Assembly: GCA_051362555.1 (NCBI GenBank)
Contig: CM120640.1
Coordinates: forward strand, 71,340,788 to 71,404,787
Length of the DNA stretch: 64,000 bases
Reading direction: 5' to 3'
From: Lingula anatina
Lineage: Eukaryota; Animalia; Brachiopoda
Position numbers and translations under genes: made by a program. Positions 11,301 to 24,299 of the stretch are shown one piece after another. The notes under the pieces were generated by a model. It ran no database searches. It was not told where the DNA came from and worked only from the letters and a program-made list of their open reading frames with translations. Position 1 is the stretch's first letter, and each line of letters begins with the position of its first letter.

Positions 11301-14300
11301 ATCTTTAAAGAAAATGGGAAGATCTAAAAAATAATGTGCACTGTCTCTTAAAGTAATTATCTTGACCATCACAAAACATAACAAATGTATATTTTTGGTC
11401 AGCATGTCAATGAAACTTACCTGTCCAATTCTTTTAGTTGATCTTGTTTGTCCTCAGCCTTGGTTGTGTTTTGTACAACACAGCCTGCAAAGAAGAATTA
11501 GATAGTAGTCAAAACTATATATTTCATTTTTACCTTCAAACTTATTTTTGATTAAAAATACTCAAAACCAAACATACTGAAATGCCTTATGTAAGAAATG
11601 AGACAAGAAGCTCTGCCAGATCCCGTATTTTCCTTGCCACACCCTCTACACTTTCCTTGCCACATCCCCTTGGTTGCCTATGAAAGGCATGAAGGGACAG
11701 GGAAAAGACTTGAGGTACTCAGGAATCTTATTAGTAACTTTAAATTGTTCTTTCCCCATCACCACCTGCTAAACCAATAGTTGAAGGAGAAGACAGAAGA
11801 TAGACAAGGAACGAATATATTCTCACCAAAGATGATGAACAGCTGAGGAAGAAGACAGAAGATAGAATAGGAATGCACTTGCCAAAGATGATGAAGAGTC
11901 CAGCTCCCAGCAACCCCGCCATTCCTGTGCCACTAGCATATGCATTGACCAGCTTGCCAGGAAACCTGGACAGGTAGCCAAGGAGAACACTGCAAAATAA
12001 AGGAATTCTGACAAGTGTAATCTGTTACAAGTCAATTTTAAGATTTTCCATACTATATCATCTACACCTATTCATTCTTTTCAGAAATTCTTAAAAGCAG
12101 AATTCACATATTACACATTTGAACTGAGAAGTCCACAGGTGTGATTTAGACAGATATCTGTGATTTAGACGGATTTTTGTGATTAAAACTGATTTTTTGG
12201 TTTAGGGACCCCAGCTGGCATGCAATATTACTGGATTAAATCACAAGACTGCTGTAGATCACAGGGAAATATGATGAGGTATAATGAGGCATGCTAGACA
12301 GACTTACTTCTCTCCAAATGCTGCACTGGACCCTGCTACCACCTGTAACATAATGATACATCTGTTACTAAAAGAAAGTCTTTGCTCTACAAGTATGTTT
12401 TACAGATGGGGTCGTTCAAACTACAATAGCCTGGTTAGAAAACTGGACAGCTCTTACTGCCAGGAATTGTTGTGGAGTTACATTGCACTAACACTAACAC
12501 AGTAACAGGTGATTGCTGTTAATTATCAATAACAGCTACAGTATTTAACATTTCAAGATAGAAAATACAAGGAAAGCAAAGCAAAAAAAAAAACAGCTAC
12601 ATGTAACTCTCTATGCAAAAATTGGATTAAAAAAGACTGCCCCAAATCTTAAGGTGGAAATACTAGTATTATTTGCATGCAAGAAGGTTAAAGGCTTCAT
12701 CTGCATAACTACAGCACTATATTAGGATTTGTAGTCAGCAGTCAATGTCTAGGAATCGAGCAACACACAGCATTTCATAAGTGAAAAATAAAAATATTAA
12801 TCCTCAGAATGTTACAAAAGAGTTATGAAAAGGTAAAGACTCACAATACATGCAAGGGCCATGCCAAAAGATGAAGAGAAAGCTATGCCAAGCAAACCTG
12901 AAACACAGAGGCAAACTTCTTGAAATAAAGGCTCAGTTAATTTAACAGTATTATTTTAAATAGGTGATATTTGCAAATAATATCCACAAGTTTGTTAAAT
13001 AATATGAAGCAAATCCAGATAAAACAGACAAGCTAAAAAAGGACATTAAAGGAATAAAATGTTGTCTAATTAATTTTTTTAATTATTTTCCCGATCCTAT
13101 CATTATTATTTTCATCTGTTTGTAACTGAAATCATATTTCTCCCAATATTAAATCAGATAAGTGAGCTGTCTGTGAGACACCTCCACTGAACAGTGAATA
13201 CTTGTTATGGTTAGTAACACTAGTTAGTAACAGTGTGGATCAATGGCCCGGGTCTTTGGTGGAACAATCTTTCAAGACTAGAGTAACTGCACAATGTAGT
13301 GATGTACTAGTCCAGTGTGAACAATGCCTTTCCATTTCCAATATCTCCATTCAAAATAGAAGAAATACCAGGGGCCGGTTTCACAAAGCAGTAGTTAGTT
13401 AGCGATCGGTAGTTAGCCTCTCGCTAGTTATAGTGCCGTTTCACGAAGCAGTCGCTAGTTCTCTCGCTCGTTATTTTCTCGTTGTTACCATGGATATTTA
13501 ACGACTGGTCAGACCAGTCACTAACTCTAGACTTTCATCGTACGCATGCGTAATGAGTGAAATAAAAAGATTGCTTAGTTACCATTGTCTGTCGTTTAAC
13601 TTTGTATCCAATATGGCGGCTACCTTTCTTGCTATCCATACCGCCAGACGGCAACGTAGACTACGAAGTTTTCATGAAAGGCAGGATCTATTATTATATA
13701 CATACTATGATGCAATTTATGAGAGGTTGCGCCTAGCTGTGACAAAAAGAGAGGCAAAAAGGTGGTGGAGATCCTTTACGACGACCTCAAAGCAGACGTT
13801 CTTATGCATTTCCAGCCACCAAAAATTGGAGAGTTAGTGCTTTCGTGACACTTTTACGCAAGAGTTCCACTTCCGGCAGACGGTTTCGAGACTACGGTGA
13901 GTAACGAGAGAACTAGCGACCGAACTTTACGACTGAACTTAGCGATAAGTTAACTACTGCTTCGTGAAACACCCCTCGAAAATCGCTAAGTTTGCTCGTT
14001 AGCGAGGTAGTTCAGTAGTTAGTTGTTCTAACTAACTACTGCTTTGTGAAACCGGCCCCAGGTACCATCAACCAAACTCACCTCCTAACATCAGAAGTCC
14101 ATTGATCACAATCCTTATAGCATATGGAACTTTCAGCAGAAAGAATGTGTTCAAAGCTTAAAAAGAAAACATTTCCATTCAATAATCCATTTCAAAGTCA
14201 TGTCTCTGACTTAATTGTGTAAAATGCAATGTAAACAGTGCCATTTTTTAAAAAGTTGTGTACCATAAATACTAACAGGTCAGCTACATTTTATCACAAA

Positions 14301-15716
14301 AAGCTCTGCAAGGTACAAAAGTTCAAATTTTATAACTTACATTTGACAACAAAAGCTGCAGCAACATTGGCTCCAAAGACCAGGCCAACAAAGTTCGTCT
14401 GGCCATACCTGAAAATGGCAGTAGACAAATAGCTTTTCATTCTACAGTAAACTGAAACATCTACAGTAGGTACACAAGCACAAAGAATAATACTACAGCA
14501 TGGATAATTAGGGCTCAGAGACACTTTCCTGTTGTGCTTAAGTTAAAAGGAGTATCTGGATAGTGGTTACTGAAACAGGGACAGATGGAGGCCATCTTCT
14601 CAGTCTTCTGAATATGTCTTCATAATTGGTGATTGACCTGTTTTAATTCCTCGTGATTGGTGATTAAGGAGGGGGGGGGGTATTCCCTACCTGAGGCTCT
14701 ATTAACTGACATAAAACAACACCTGCTATTACCTTGATATGTGTCAATGAAAACACAGAACGCTTCTTACAATACCAAACTACTTAAGTAGACTATAGCA
14801 ACATAATACATGGAAATAGGAAACAGTTATACAGTATGCATGTACATGCTGTACATTAGTGCCAGATGCAGGGTAGAACCGGCTGGATAGCTCAGGCGGT
14901 AGAGCACTCGCCCTGTTAGTGAGCAGTCCCAGGTTCGAATCCCTGGTCTGGCAGGTGATTTTTCTGCACTCACCCCAAATCGCTACATACATTACCTTCA
15001 AAATTGAGGGTGAAGTACGTTTGGTACCATGTACGTACATGTACTTACTCGCTAGCTATGGTGCTTGCAGCTGAATTTATCACAACGTACGGAAGGTTGT
15101 TAATGGCTCCCATCAAAAACAGCCCGATCTAAAATGATATGACAATGAGGAATTCAAGTAATATACATAGATGTACGTTTCACTTTCAATAATTCAAGCT
15201 GTAAACATTATGATTATGCAACACGACTTGGTTCCGCCGCATCCGTAAAATTGCTAAAATTACTTGCCCAAGCAATCAATGTATCTGACGATGATATATG
15301 CTCCTCTGTACAATGTCCAGACCTACGACATGGCACTGCTGTGATGGAATGTTTATTGATCATAAAGAACCTTAACATACAAGGTACAGATCATCGATAG
15401 CGTACAAGCAAATATAAAATGGTCACAGAAATACAATACTAGATATAATGGATTAAAAAAAAAAAAAAAAAAAAAAACTACATGGAACATACGAATTAAA
15501 CTTACACCTAAGAATGGATATTTTACTGACCGACATCCAACTATAACAAGGCACCATAACACTACTAGCAATAATAACGCACAATTACAATGAGAAATAA
15601 ATAAATAATTATATAGGTTATATACCCAGCTACAGTAGTGATGTTGGACGCCAACTCTGACCAGGCGTTCACAATGTACTCACCCAGTTCCGCAAGATCA
15701 TCGAATCGACAGCCAT
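8375..15716 (-). CDS. CLN3: CLN3/battenin (BTN1)-family membrane protein, about 14 coding exons
   Basis: Spliced exons give MAVDSMILRNW|IGLFLMGAINNLPYVVINSAA, SSAAFGENVLLGYL, AYASGTGMAGLLGA, LSLVYLFEYV, YQ|AGVFASRSS, VGLLGGASYVNIF and EDREICI, all CLN3-family motifs. Stop TAA at 8375-8377. May be a divergent paralog rather than the ortholog. Confidence 0.9.
9835..10070 (-). repeat. Tandem duplication (128 bp x2) of a CLN3 exon 3' end plus its donor
   Basis: YITSVPVLLPPETRPQRYWRCFKLVIWHSIN|gtaagc occurs twice (GCTTACATTGATAC at 9842 and 9970). Confidence 0.95.
10707..10915 (-). repeat. Tandem array (75 bp x3) of a CLN3 acceptor plus exon start
   Basis: GAAGGCATACCTGG at 10741, 10816 and 10891; in-frame RYAFLLTMPVVLIY repeats. 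Confidence 0.95.
13372..14058 (+). mobile_element. Non-autonomous PIF/Harbinger element in a CLN3 intron
   Basis: TIR GGGCCGGTTTCACAAAGCAGTAGTTAGTTAG (~31 bp, perfect) with 3-bp TSD CAG. Internal remnant MAATFLAIHTARRQRRLRSFHERQDLL...DAIYERLRL resembles a Harbinger transposase N-terminus. Confidence 0.9.
14881..14990 (+). mobile_element. tRNA-derived SINE head or tRNA pseudogene
   Basis: A-box TAGCTCAGGCGG, B-box GGTTCGAATCC, D-arm GCTC/GAGC and anticodon stem CTCGC/GTGAG. Acceptor stem imperfect, extra C in the T-arm, non-canonical anticodon loop. Confidence 0.7.
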
Positions 15717-18700
15717 GTTCTGATTTGTCAATCCCTAAAAAAGAGAAGCACCACTTTTCAGAGTTGCATCAAGGAAGAAAATCCCTTTCGAGCGTCACAT
15801 GCCAAGCGTCCCTGTAGCTGCGAGAGAGAAAAAGATGACCGATGACCCTGTTCAAGCAGAACACGGAAGTACTGCATAAATAACCAGCCTTCAAACAACG
15901 AAGAGCGCATTGTCGATAATTTTGCAGTGGTAAAAAAGACACCGTAAAGATGTGCTTAATTAGTTCTGTCCCGTCAATAATTTGGTTGGAGTGGGGGTTA
16001 TTTTAAATTGTGGAGATATTTACTTTTTAATTTCCTTATTTATTTGACTTTTTATTTCGTCATATTACCTTTTTTGCGTGGATGAGTGATTTTCACCTTG
16101 GACGATTAATCATTCTAATAATTCGCTTTTTTATCCAAGCTTTTACTAAGTAACCATTTGCGGGGGTGAAACTCACAAAAATAAATAAATAAATAAATAA
16201 ATAAATAAATACTCATGCCTGATACAAACTTAAATGAAAACAAATTAGTGTAATAAGCTATGTGAAAAATAAAAAAAAATACTGACAAAATATTTTCACC
16301 TTTATTGTGGCGAAAGCCTACCAAAAATGACATCTGTCACGTACATGACTCATAAAATATGTAATAATTAAGTTTGTTTATTTTTAACAAAAGTTATTTT
16401 TACATGCATCCATAAATAATTACATTATTATCGAAGTAGGCCCCCTGGTACCAATAATATGTTTTCAAAATTAACAACAACATGCGCAATGTAAGTCTTA
16501 TACATGTACACGAATCAAAATATTTACGTTGCCCTGTGAGATTTTTACGTTACCAGTTATTGTAATGTGTGGATAAGAACATATATAGTTTCTGCGGGTG
16601 TGAGATGATTATAGAACCTGTCCGTCTCGTCACGTAACGCCACCGTGCGGCTCAATGGATCTGCCATAATGGTATTTCTGAAAAGAATGGGGATTAGAAT
16701 TAGAAGAAGAAAGCCTGAAAAGAAAAACCTAGTGTCGGTGCTTTCAAACGCGGTGTAAGTGCTGCAATTTTTAACGATAGAATGGATACCTTTTTTTTAT
16801 TGAAGAAATCATAAAGGAGTCAAAGTGTCGCGAGAGAATGAAAGCAAAAACTTTTACTCAAAATTAATTGAAAATAATTTTACCGGTTGTTTATTTCACA
16901 CGTATCCTACCAGTAATTGCAGTAAACTTCGTGAATGCGTGATTATAATATTATAGGAGGAAGGGAGTGCACGATGGGCCAGGTTCCTCCCCCGCCCCCC
17001 CCCCCCCCCCCCCCCCCCCAGCCTCAATGACAGATTCTCCCTCCCTTAACACAGCATAACAAACCAAACGAGACAAAATCAGCAATTTTCCATCACTGAT
17101 ATTAAACTGTATCTCTCCTTGTCTGCTATTTAATATTTACCTAGAGACGTAGGGCAAGCATTTTAGTTTTTGTCTACCGTCCTTTCTAAGTAAAACCCTG
17201 AATACGGCAGAGGGATCATTCTCTACTTTGCTTTGCATGTTCACCCGCCTTGCCTGGACACCAGCTATCAACTTTATATCAACCATGAATGTCAGTTCCC
17301 CCATTAGAGCATCATTACAGGTGAATTATCTGCAGTTTTATCTTTACTTTTCCTGTGTAGTTCCTATGTTTCGCTATCAGATCAAATGAAAAGTGCAATT
17401 GCTTTTGTTTTCTTAGCAATAAATGTAGTGGCTGAACTATAAGGGCCACGTGCTTGCCAAGACACATTTCGGAGCCATTTAGTGACGAAACTTTTTAAAA
17501 ATGACGTTTTAAGTGAGATTTTCAGAAGAATGACACACATTTTGTCAAACGTTGGCCTTTATGGTGCAATGTTCCTCATTTCCTTGTGTAAAAGGCGCGT
17601 CTTTGTGGATCCTGTCATAACGCAAAGCCTCGCATACAACCTGAACTCATTCAACGGTTCAGTGGGGACATTGTCGCGTGCATTTTGCTGCAGTAGATTA
17701 CAGACCTAGAAGCGAGCAGCGGACCACTACAGCGTGTCTGATGTCTTGAGGAGCTGGAGCGTCTTAACCCTGCGTCTTCCCGGTCTACTGAGCCGAGCAG
17801 TACAGCACTGGGCCACTGCCACTGTTAGCATGGAGGAGAGAGTGATTCCGGGGAACTAGTCTAACAGGTAATCGATTTTTTGATCTGATTTCTATCTTTT
17901 TTAAAATCATTTTTCCTCGTCTACCCGATAAAGGGACGCATGATTCTGAACCAAGCTGTTAAGACCATGTTTCCGACGAATCTAATTCGATGTTCTTTTA
18001 GATTGTGTCTGTTATTCTGGGTATGTAACGTTCTACATGACTAACTACTCCAGTCTCCACACATTAAGCACTTGTTGTAAACGTGCACCGTCACCGCCTC
18101 TCCCCTTTAGTCGGTTTTGTGCGGAAGATTTATGTTGAACTAGTTACATTTGCTATATATATACTGCTAGTATGCCGTTAGTGAGAGCAGAGAGATTTAG
18201 TGTCCCTGGTCGTGACATAAGCGTTCGCCCTAGCGTTAGCACTGACATAGATCAAGGAGATGAATAGTTTGGAGTGGTGCAGTGTGTAAAGCTATAGAGC
18301 ACCCTCCCCTGTACATACGAACGCCGGGTACAGTGTGACGAGGCTCCAAGGGACAGTATGAGCAAATCAAGACACGAGGTGACGACGACGTCTGCTGTAT
18401 ACGAGATTGGGAACCAGGGGACAAAGCCGTCTTAACAAATCACTGGCACGAAACGCAATTAAAAAGAAATCAAAAACACCAAAGCCGGCTATTGTTCCAA
18501 AAATATAGGTTATTTACTTCAAGTTAACGGCCCATTAGAGAATTTCAACTGCAGTCAGTTTCAAAAACTATGTTGAAGCCCAAGGCTCAGCGTTTTTATC
18601 AACTCGTTCAGTGACTTGACGGACCAGCTGGTACAGTGCCTGTAACCCCAGAGAAACCGAGGACTTAGAAATACCACTGGAATCCCTGGACGGCAGGATG

Positions 18701-18924
18701 TAGTTAGTTCTTCATTGGTAAGCAAAAGGCACCATCTGTTGAATACACTGCTACACGCCAACGTCGCCATTGATTTCCTTACTATGTCGTAATGAGACTA
18801 GAATTTGGGATAAGAGGCGTGGGACTTAGTTTTCCTCTCAGATAACTCAGTTATTAAAACATCTTCCTCAGTATTTGCTTTGAAAGAACTTCATTTAAAC
18901 ATTGGCTAGTTAACTCAATAGACA

Positions 18925-19164
18925 GGACTCCCATACTTAGATCGATCTAACAGGATCGATCCATCTCCAAGGAGTTTCTCGCTAAATTGCTTTCAGGTTA
19001 AGCGGCTTAGATGTCTGGCACACCCACTGAAGCTGGTGAACGATAATTAATTACAACTTAGCAGCTTCAGTAGGCGTAACAGACATCTGAGCCACTTAAG
19101 TAGATTGCAGTTTAGCCAGAATCCCCTTGGAGATAGATCGATCCACAGTTAGTACGATAGGGTC
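18925..19164. mobile_element. Fold-back MITE
   Basis: Nested inverted arms (GATCGATCCATCTCCAAGG/CCTTGGAGATAGATCGATC; ACTGAAGCTG/CAGCTTCAGT); same family as 77-294. Confidence 0.7.
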
Positions 19165-19888
19165 TGGGAAAGGTCTCAAAAGAGACGTGCGACGTATTTC
19201 CAAAGAGAAAGGAGGACGTACGTTACTTTCTGGGGACTTAACTATGATTAAAATGAAAAATTCTAGTTATAGTTATTTCCAATCGTTTTCCACACATTTT
19301 GATCAGTACAGGGGTAAAAGACAGAAGCAGGGTCATCAACCGCGTGTTGTCCCCATTGACGTCACTGATGGTTAGCACGCACTTCTGTCGCCTACGCCAT
19401 GGGCCGCGATCAACACTTGCAAAAGAAAAGAAAAGTTCATAAAATTATACAGTGTAGACTGCAACAAACCACTTCAGATAAACACGGATATTGAATCCAA
19501 TAACTGTAAGATGGAGATATGTAGAAAAGCTACTTTTAGTCATTACCACGCCCTTGTTACACAGGTACCAAATATCATTATGTTATTGATGTGCTGTTAT
19601 ATCGTTTTTGCGCTGCGAAAGACGGCCATGAAAAAGAGGTCAAAAGACACGCGAGTGTATCCCCCCTCTCTTCTTATATATAGAGACATTGAAGGCCCCA
19701 TGTGTCTGTATATAGTCTGATCACTTTATTTGTCGATGGCGCTGTCGCCGATGTTGTTTTACTTTAAATGTACTGAGTAGCATTGTTTTGTTAAAAATAT
19801 TCCTTTCAAAATCATCATACTTTACGAAAGTTATTGATTTTATTGTGTTATTTTGGCGACGTTGGCCCCATAAGTGCAAAACCGTATA

Positions 19889-20137
19889 CAGTGGCGGATT
19901 TAGGGGGGTCGATTTCTGACAATAATAACACCAATGGTCCCCTCTTGAAATTAGAATTTTGACTAGCTGAATCATAGTTCTAAACCGTTCGAAATAGCAC
20001 CGTTCGCCCTCTAAAATACCAAATATATTTGATTTGCGGTCCTTTAGCGGGCCCCGCACCCCACGCCAAGGGGGAGGGGGTTGACTTCGCATCCTTGGAC
20101 CCCCCTCCCCCTTCAAATAATCCTGGATCTGCCCCTG
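19889..20137. mobile_element. MITE with CAGTGGCGGAT/ATCTGCCCCTG termini; partial copies at ~7185 and ~59955-60112
   Basis: Imperfect TIR flanked by CGTATA on both sides. Internal CCCTCTTGA.ATTAGAATTTTGACTAGCTGAAT is shared with ~60033-60066. Confidence 0.75.
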
Positions 20138-21837
20138 CGTATATATGTCTTATTTTCAAATTACTGAGTGGTTTTATACATTAATAAGGCAGATTCCTTT
20201 TTTTAATCAGAATTCCTACCAAACAATTGATTTCTTTTTCATGTATTTTGGTACCGTTTGTTCCATGATTTCCAAATCGTAGTTTTGCTGTTGGGGCTCT
20301 CATAGTACCCAGCTAAAATAAGATATGTAGTGCATTAAAGTAGGCTCTTAAAATCAGTTTTTTTATACACTATTCATCGTAAAATCACCCTGTTCTTTTT
20401 TAGGGGGCTGGTTCGGTCTATTTGAACTTTGTACAATTTTTCCTTCAAATGTAGATCGCGGCCGTTGGACTGCGTATAATACAGGTATTAAAATGAACAA
20501 AAATTAACTTTATACAATTAGCCTTTTCAGGTCCCATAAAGCGTTCTTTTCCTTCAAGGAGTTGCCAGTCTCAGGGAATGTTTGGGTGTCCTGATCATTG
20601 ATATTCAACGTGTTAAAGGCCCCGATCATTTCAATCCTGTAGACCAATCATGACCAGTGGTAATATAAATTCGAAGGTTTTTTTTCTAGCAGGAAGGTTG
20701 GAGGGAGGCAGGGGGGGGGGGGTAAAGATATATAAGTAATGATGTGGGCCCGAAAATTGATAGACGCGATCCTGTCTTACATGTAGGGCCTACTTATAAG
20801 CTTTGCTTCATCAATTCCGCTTTAAAAGTTGGTTACAACAAAGTTACAGGTATAATATTACCAGTTTTCTGAAGTGAATCATAGATATTAGGTAATTATA
20901 TTGTCAATTAAGTAATTTAATGTTCATTAAGTTGTTGCACGTGAAAAGAATTGCGTGCACTCCCAGTTAAGATCTCAATGGCTGGTTCTACCATTTGTAT
21001 TAACCCCATCACGTACGGATATGTAACCCATTGCTCAGCTTAGGAACACGGAGAGCAAATTTGTGGAGATAAAATCACGCTTACTATAAACGTCATGAAT
21101 AGGGCACAATACCGCACCGCGAATAATTAGCCGCGTTCCTTTAGATGTGCAACACTACACTAAGTGGCAACTCTTTCCTACAGGTATCTATTGTTCAGCG
21201 GAGTGGAGTGGGGCCAGCGTTGGAGTGGCTGTAGAGGGGTATTTGCCGAGAGGTATTTACAACCCACTCCAAAGCTTTGGATAACAAGAAGGTGTTTGTT
21301 CTCTTCTTCCTTTTACTTTGGTGTAGTGATGTTTTGTATCGGTGTTATTGTCATGTTTGGCGAGGGTTTCCTCTCAGGTGTGTTAGTAAACTAATGTAGC
21401 TACGACAGCAAGTTGAAGACGGTGTGTGTAGGAACAAGTCAACCATCTAGCAGACCATGAATGGGAAGATGCTGACTTAGGGAAAACAGAATACAATTTT
21501 CATGCTTGTTAGAAATTAAGTTTATCTTGGTTTAGTGGCGTCACGTGTACCTGCCTATACGTTGCATTGGTGGATGCTGATATCCCCAAATCATGCAACA
21601 CATTCATTATTCCAGCTAAATCACGGCCCCACGCCTGTGAGGAAGACTAACATTCTATCGATTTCTCGTTATTCTTAGATACATGTCTGTCTGATCGTTG
21701 TTTCTTTGTGGAATGTCTAACTTAACAATGTTTTCTTTTTACTCAGGAAAGCGAGGAATCCAGGAAAGAGAGGCACATGCATCAGAAATGATCGTACATG
21801 AAGGCGAGTTCCATTAGAACTAAAACATGGACGGATA

Positions 21838-22212
21838 ATGGAGACTAAGATGACCATAGATAATAACTGCATTTTCAAAGTTGTATTGGGAGTGTCATGG
21901 GTAATCTTCGCCTCCTGTGTAATAGCGTTGATCATCGGCGTTATCTATTTACGGGAAGACGTGTTAGAGTTTGCCACAGTGCTCGGACTCATCATCTGCG
22001 GCCTTCCATTCCTGGTGATAGCGGGAACCATAGTGCACTTTACTTACGAGGAATGTACAAAAATTGGAAAGAAAAGAAAAGTGAAAAGAAATTCTCAAAG
22101 AAGAAGAGGCGAGGATACTATTGGCACGGAGATGTCGCAAGAGGAGGGACTCGTTTCTAAGGTTGAGGACATCTCGTTAAATGACATGGGTGACAGTGCG
22201 TCACCGGACTAG
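21838..22212 (+). CDS. Orphan 124-aa membrane protein with two predicted TM helices and a basic then acidic tail
   Basis: Two hydrophobic segments (IFKVVLGVSWVIFASCVIALIIGVIYL; FATVLGLIICGLPFLVIAGTIVHF) followed by KKRKVKR. Acceptor tttttactcag at ~21746 upstream; candidate non-coding exons at ~21184-21291 and ending ~17867. No family recognised. Confidence 0.65.
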   Translation: METKMTIDNNCIFKVVLGVSWVIFASCVIALIIGVIYLREDVLEFATVLGLIICGLPFLVIAGTIVHFTYEECTKIGKKRKVKRNSQRRRGEDTIGTEMSQEEGLVSKVEDISLNDMGDSASPD

Positions 22213-22881
22213 CGTTCAATCTATCAAGGAGCGCGCCCTCTCTCACACACATCACCAACACTTAATTTGTACTTGTCAGCGCGTTCTTCTCGATGTCATG
22301 CAGCAGCCACCATGAAACGCGCTGTCTTTGAACATATGGTATATAAATGAACGTTATGTGCAGTTTTTTCAATCAATAACCTCATCGCATTTGTTTTATT
22401 GGACTAAAACATCATCACATTTACTTTCATTTTGATGTATTATTGGAAATATAAGTTACATGTGCTACCCCCTGTTCAGCGTAGCTTGCTTTTTCTTTAA
22501 CGCCATACATGTCGTAAAGGTCTGTATAGTATTCCGCGTGAGGGCACCCAGTTTTTTAATATAAAAAAAACAACACCTTTTTTGTACATGCTTGACATAA
22601 CGTGGTTACAAGTTGAGGAAACGGAGCTCACTGAAAACCTATGGTAGTACCATTTTATTAAAGGGCATTGTATTTTGTTGAACATTAGAGTTTGCCTGTA
22701 CTATTTGTAAAACTGAACGAGTGATAATACTATCTCCTAAGTAAAATCGAGCGGTATACTAGCTGGGCCGGTCCACTTTTAGAGGAACGCTACGGGGAGC
22801 TTTACTCCCCGTCACAAGACTCCGCAAGTTCGTTGCCTGACTAGTTTTGTTAAGAGTGGGGCTCAGTTAAACCGACTCTAT

Positions 22882-23133
22882 GGGCCCGTTCACAGTGAAT
22901 TTTTCGACCTAACTTCTATGCACACACCGATCCGTGGTAAGTCTGGCTGAACGCAATCAGATCAACACGCCTCTTACTTACTGACGTTGAGTAGAAGACA
23001 GAAAAGCTGGTTATAACACAAGTATGTAGAAAGCAAAAGGTGTGTCAGTCTGCTTATCTGATTGCATTCAGCGAGAGTCCCCGTGGAGTCAGTGCGCAGT
23101 TGCTAGGTAGATAAATTCAATGTGAACGGACCC
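22882..23133. mobile_element. Fold-back MITE (Harbinger-like GGGCCC termini)
   Basis: GGGCCCGTTCACAGTGAATTT ... AAATTCAATGTGAACGGACCC; inner arms GCTGAACGCAATCAGAT/ATCTGATTGCATTCAGC. Confidence 0.75.
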
Positions 23134-23329
23134 TTTTACGTTATAGCCAGGTAACTGAGTTGTCAATCTCTCAAAGTGTATCGGTCCAGTTAAGTGGACC
23201 GCTATCTGTGAAAAGCGTCTGTTGCTGGTGACAGTCGTGGGAGGCGGTGCTGGTACTCATGAGCTCTCGTGCTTCATCATTACCCTCTACCAGGGTCATA
23301 GATGGAGTCTTTAGATATGCACATATATG

Positions 23330-23511
23330 CAGGCCCGAAGCCAGCAATTTCAAAAGGGGGTTTCTTTTTTGAAAAAGTGGACCTTTTCCCATAAAAACGT
23401 CATGTACCTAGATCAAATTTTTCCCAGAGTGGACCTTTTCCCAGCAAAAGGGGCGGTTCTTTTGAACCCCCCGAACCCCCCCCCCCCCCCCCCCCCCTGG
23501 TTACGGGCCTG
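23330..23511. mobile_element. Short MITE with CAGGCCCG termini (hAT-like)
   Basis: CAGGCCCGAAGCCAG ... CTGGTTACGGGCCTG; poly-C tract inside; no clean TSD. Confidence 0.6.
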
Positions 23512-24299
23512 TGTATGTCTCTGCCTAGTTATGTGCACTTATCTCTGTTGTGCACAGTAGAGATTTGTGTAATGAATAAGTGAGACATATCTGTGAATAT
23601 TTAGTGAAAACCCATTCTGTGGCCTTGGCAGAGAGTACTTCATCATTGCCTCGTTCAATTATGTGATCTATTTTCAGTGCTGTCATTTATAAGTTGTAGA
23701 AATTTTGAGTGATGAAAGCGCCTGAACGTGTCATTACTTCTCAACGCCAAAGGGTCGAAGTAAATGCCATTATATAAAGATGACACGGAAAAGGAGAGGC
23801 CCAGCCCTGCTGTAACTAGCTAGCAGTTACTGGGTACCAGACTGACCAGAGGCCGGCTGGGGGATGAAGTTAATTATTTCTATTTCTGCTTTATTTGTTT
23901 ATTATTATTATTATTGTTATTATTATTTACAAAAAAATCGCAGTGGACACAGAAATGTGCACAGATTAAGCCTTTGCCAGAGAAATGTGTGTGAATATCT
24001 AGTGAAAAAATCTGTCTGTGGTATTGGTAGAGGGTAGCATTCAGACATATCACGTGTCAGTGACCTCCACCCTAATATCATGTCATATCTCCACCCCGGA
24101 TTTGTTCTACTCGTGGTACCAAGTGAGACGCCAGAGGAATTAGGTCTACGTAGTTGTGGGGATCATCCTCTAAGGCAAATATCTCCAAAAATTCCCAAAC
24201 AACTCAATGGCTGGTACTGTGCGTGTCTGTTATCATAGAAATGTCGTATTCAAGCCTCGGGTACCAAAAATGACAATTATTCCGGATCAGTTAGCGTTT

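Noticed and set aside
14881-14953. Functional tRNA gene
   Set aside because: Poor acceptor stem, extra base in the T-arm and atypical anticodon loop; better explained as a SINE head or pseudogene.
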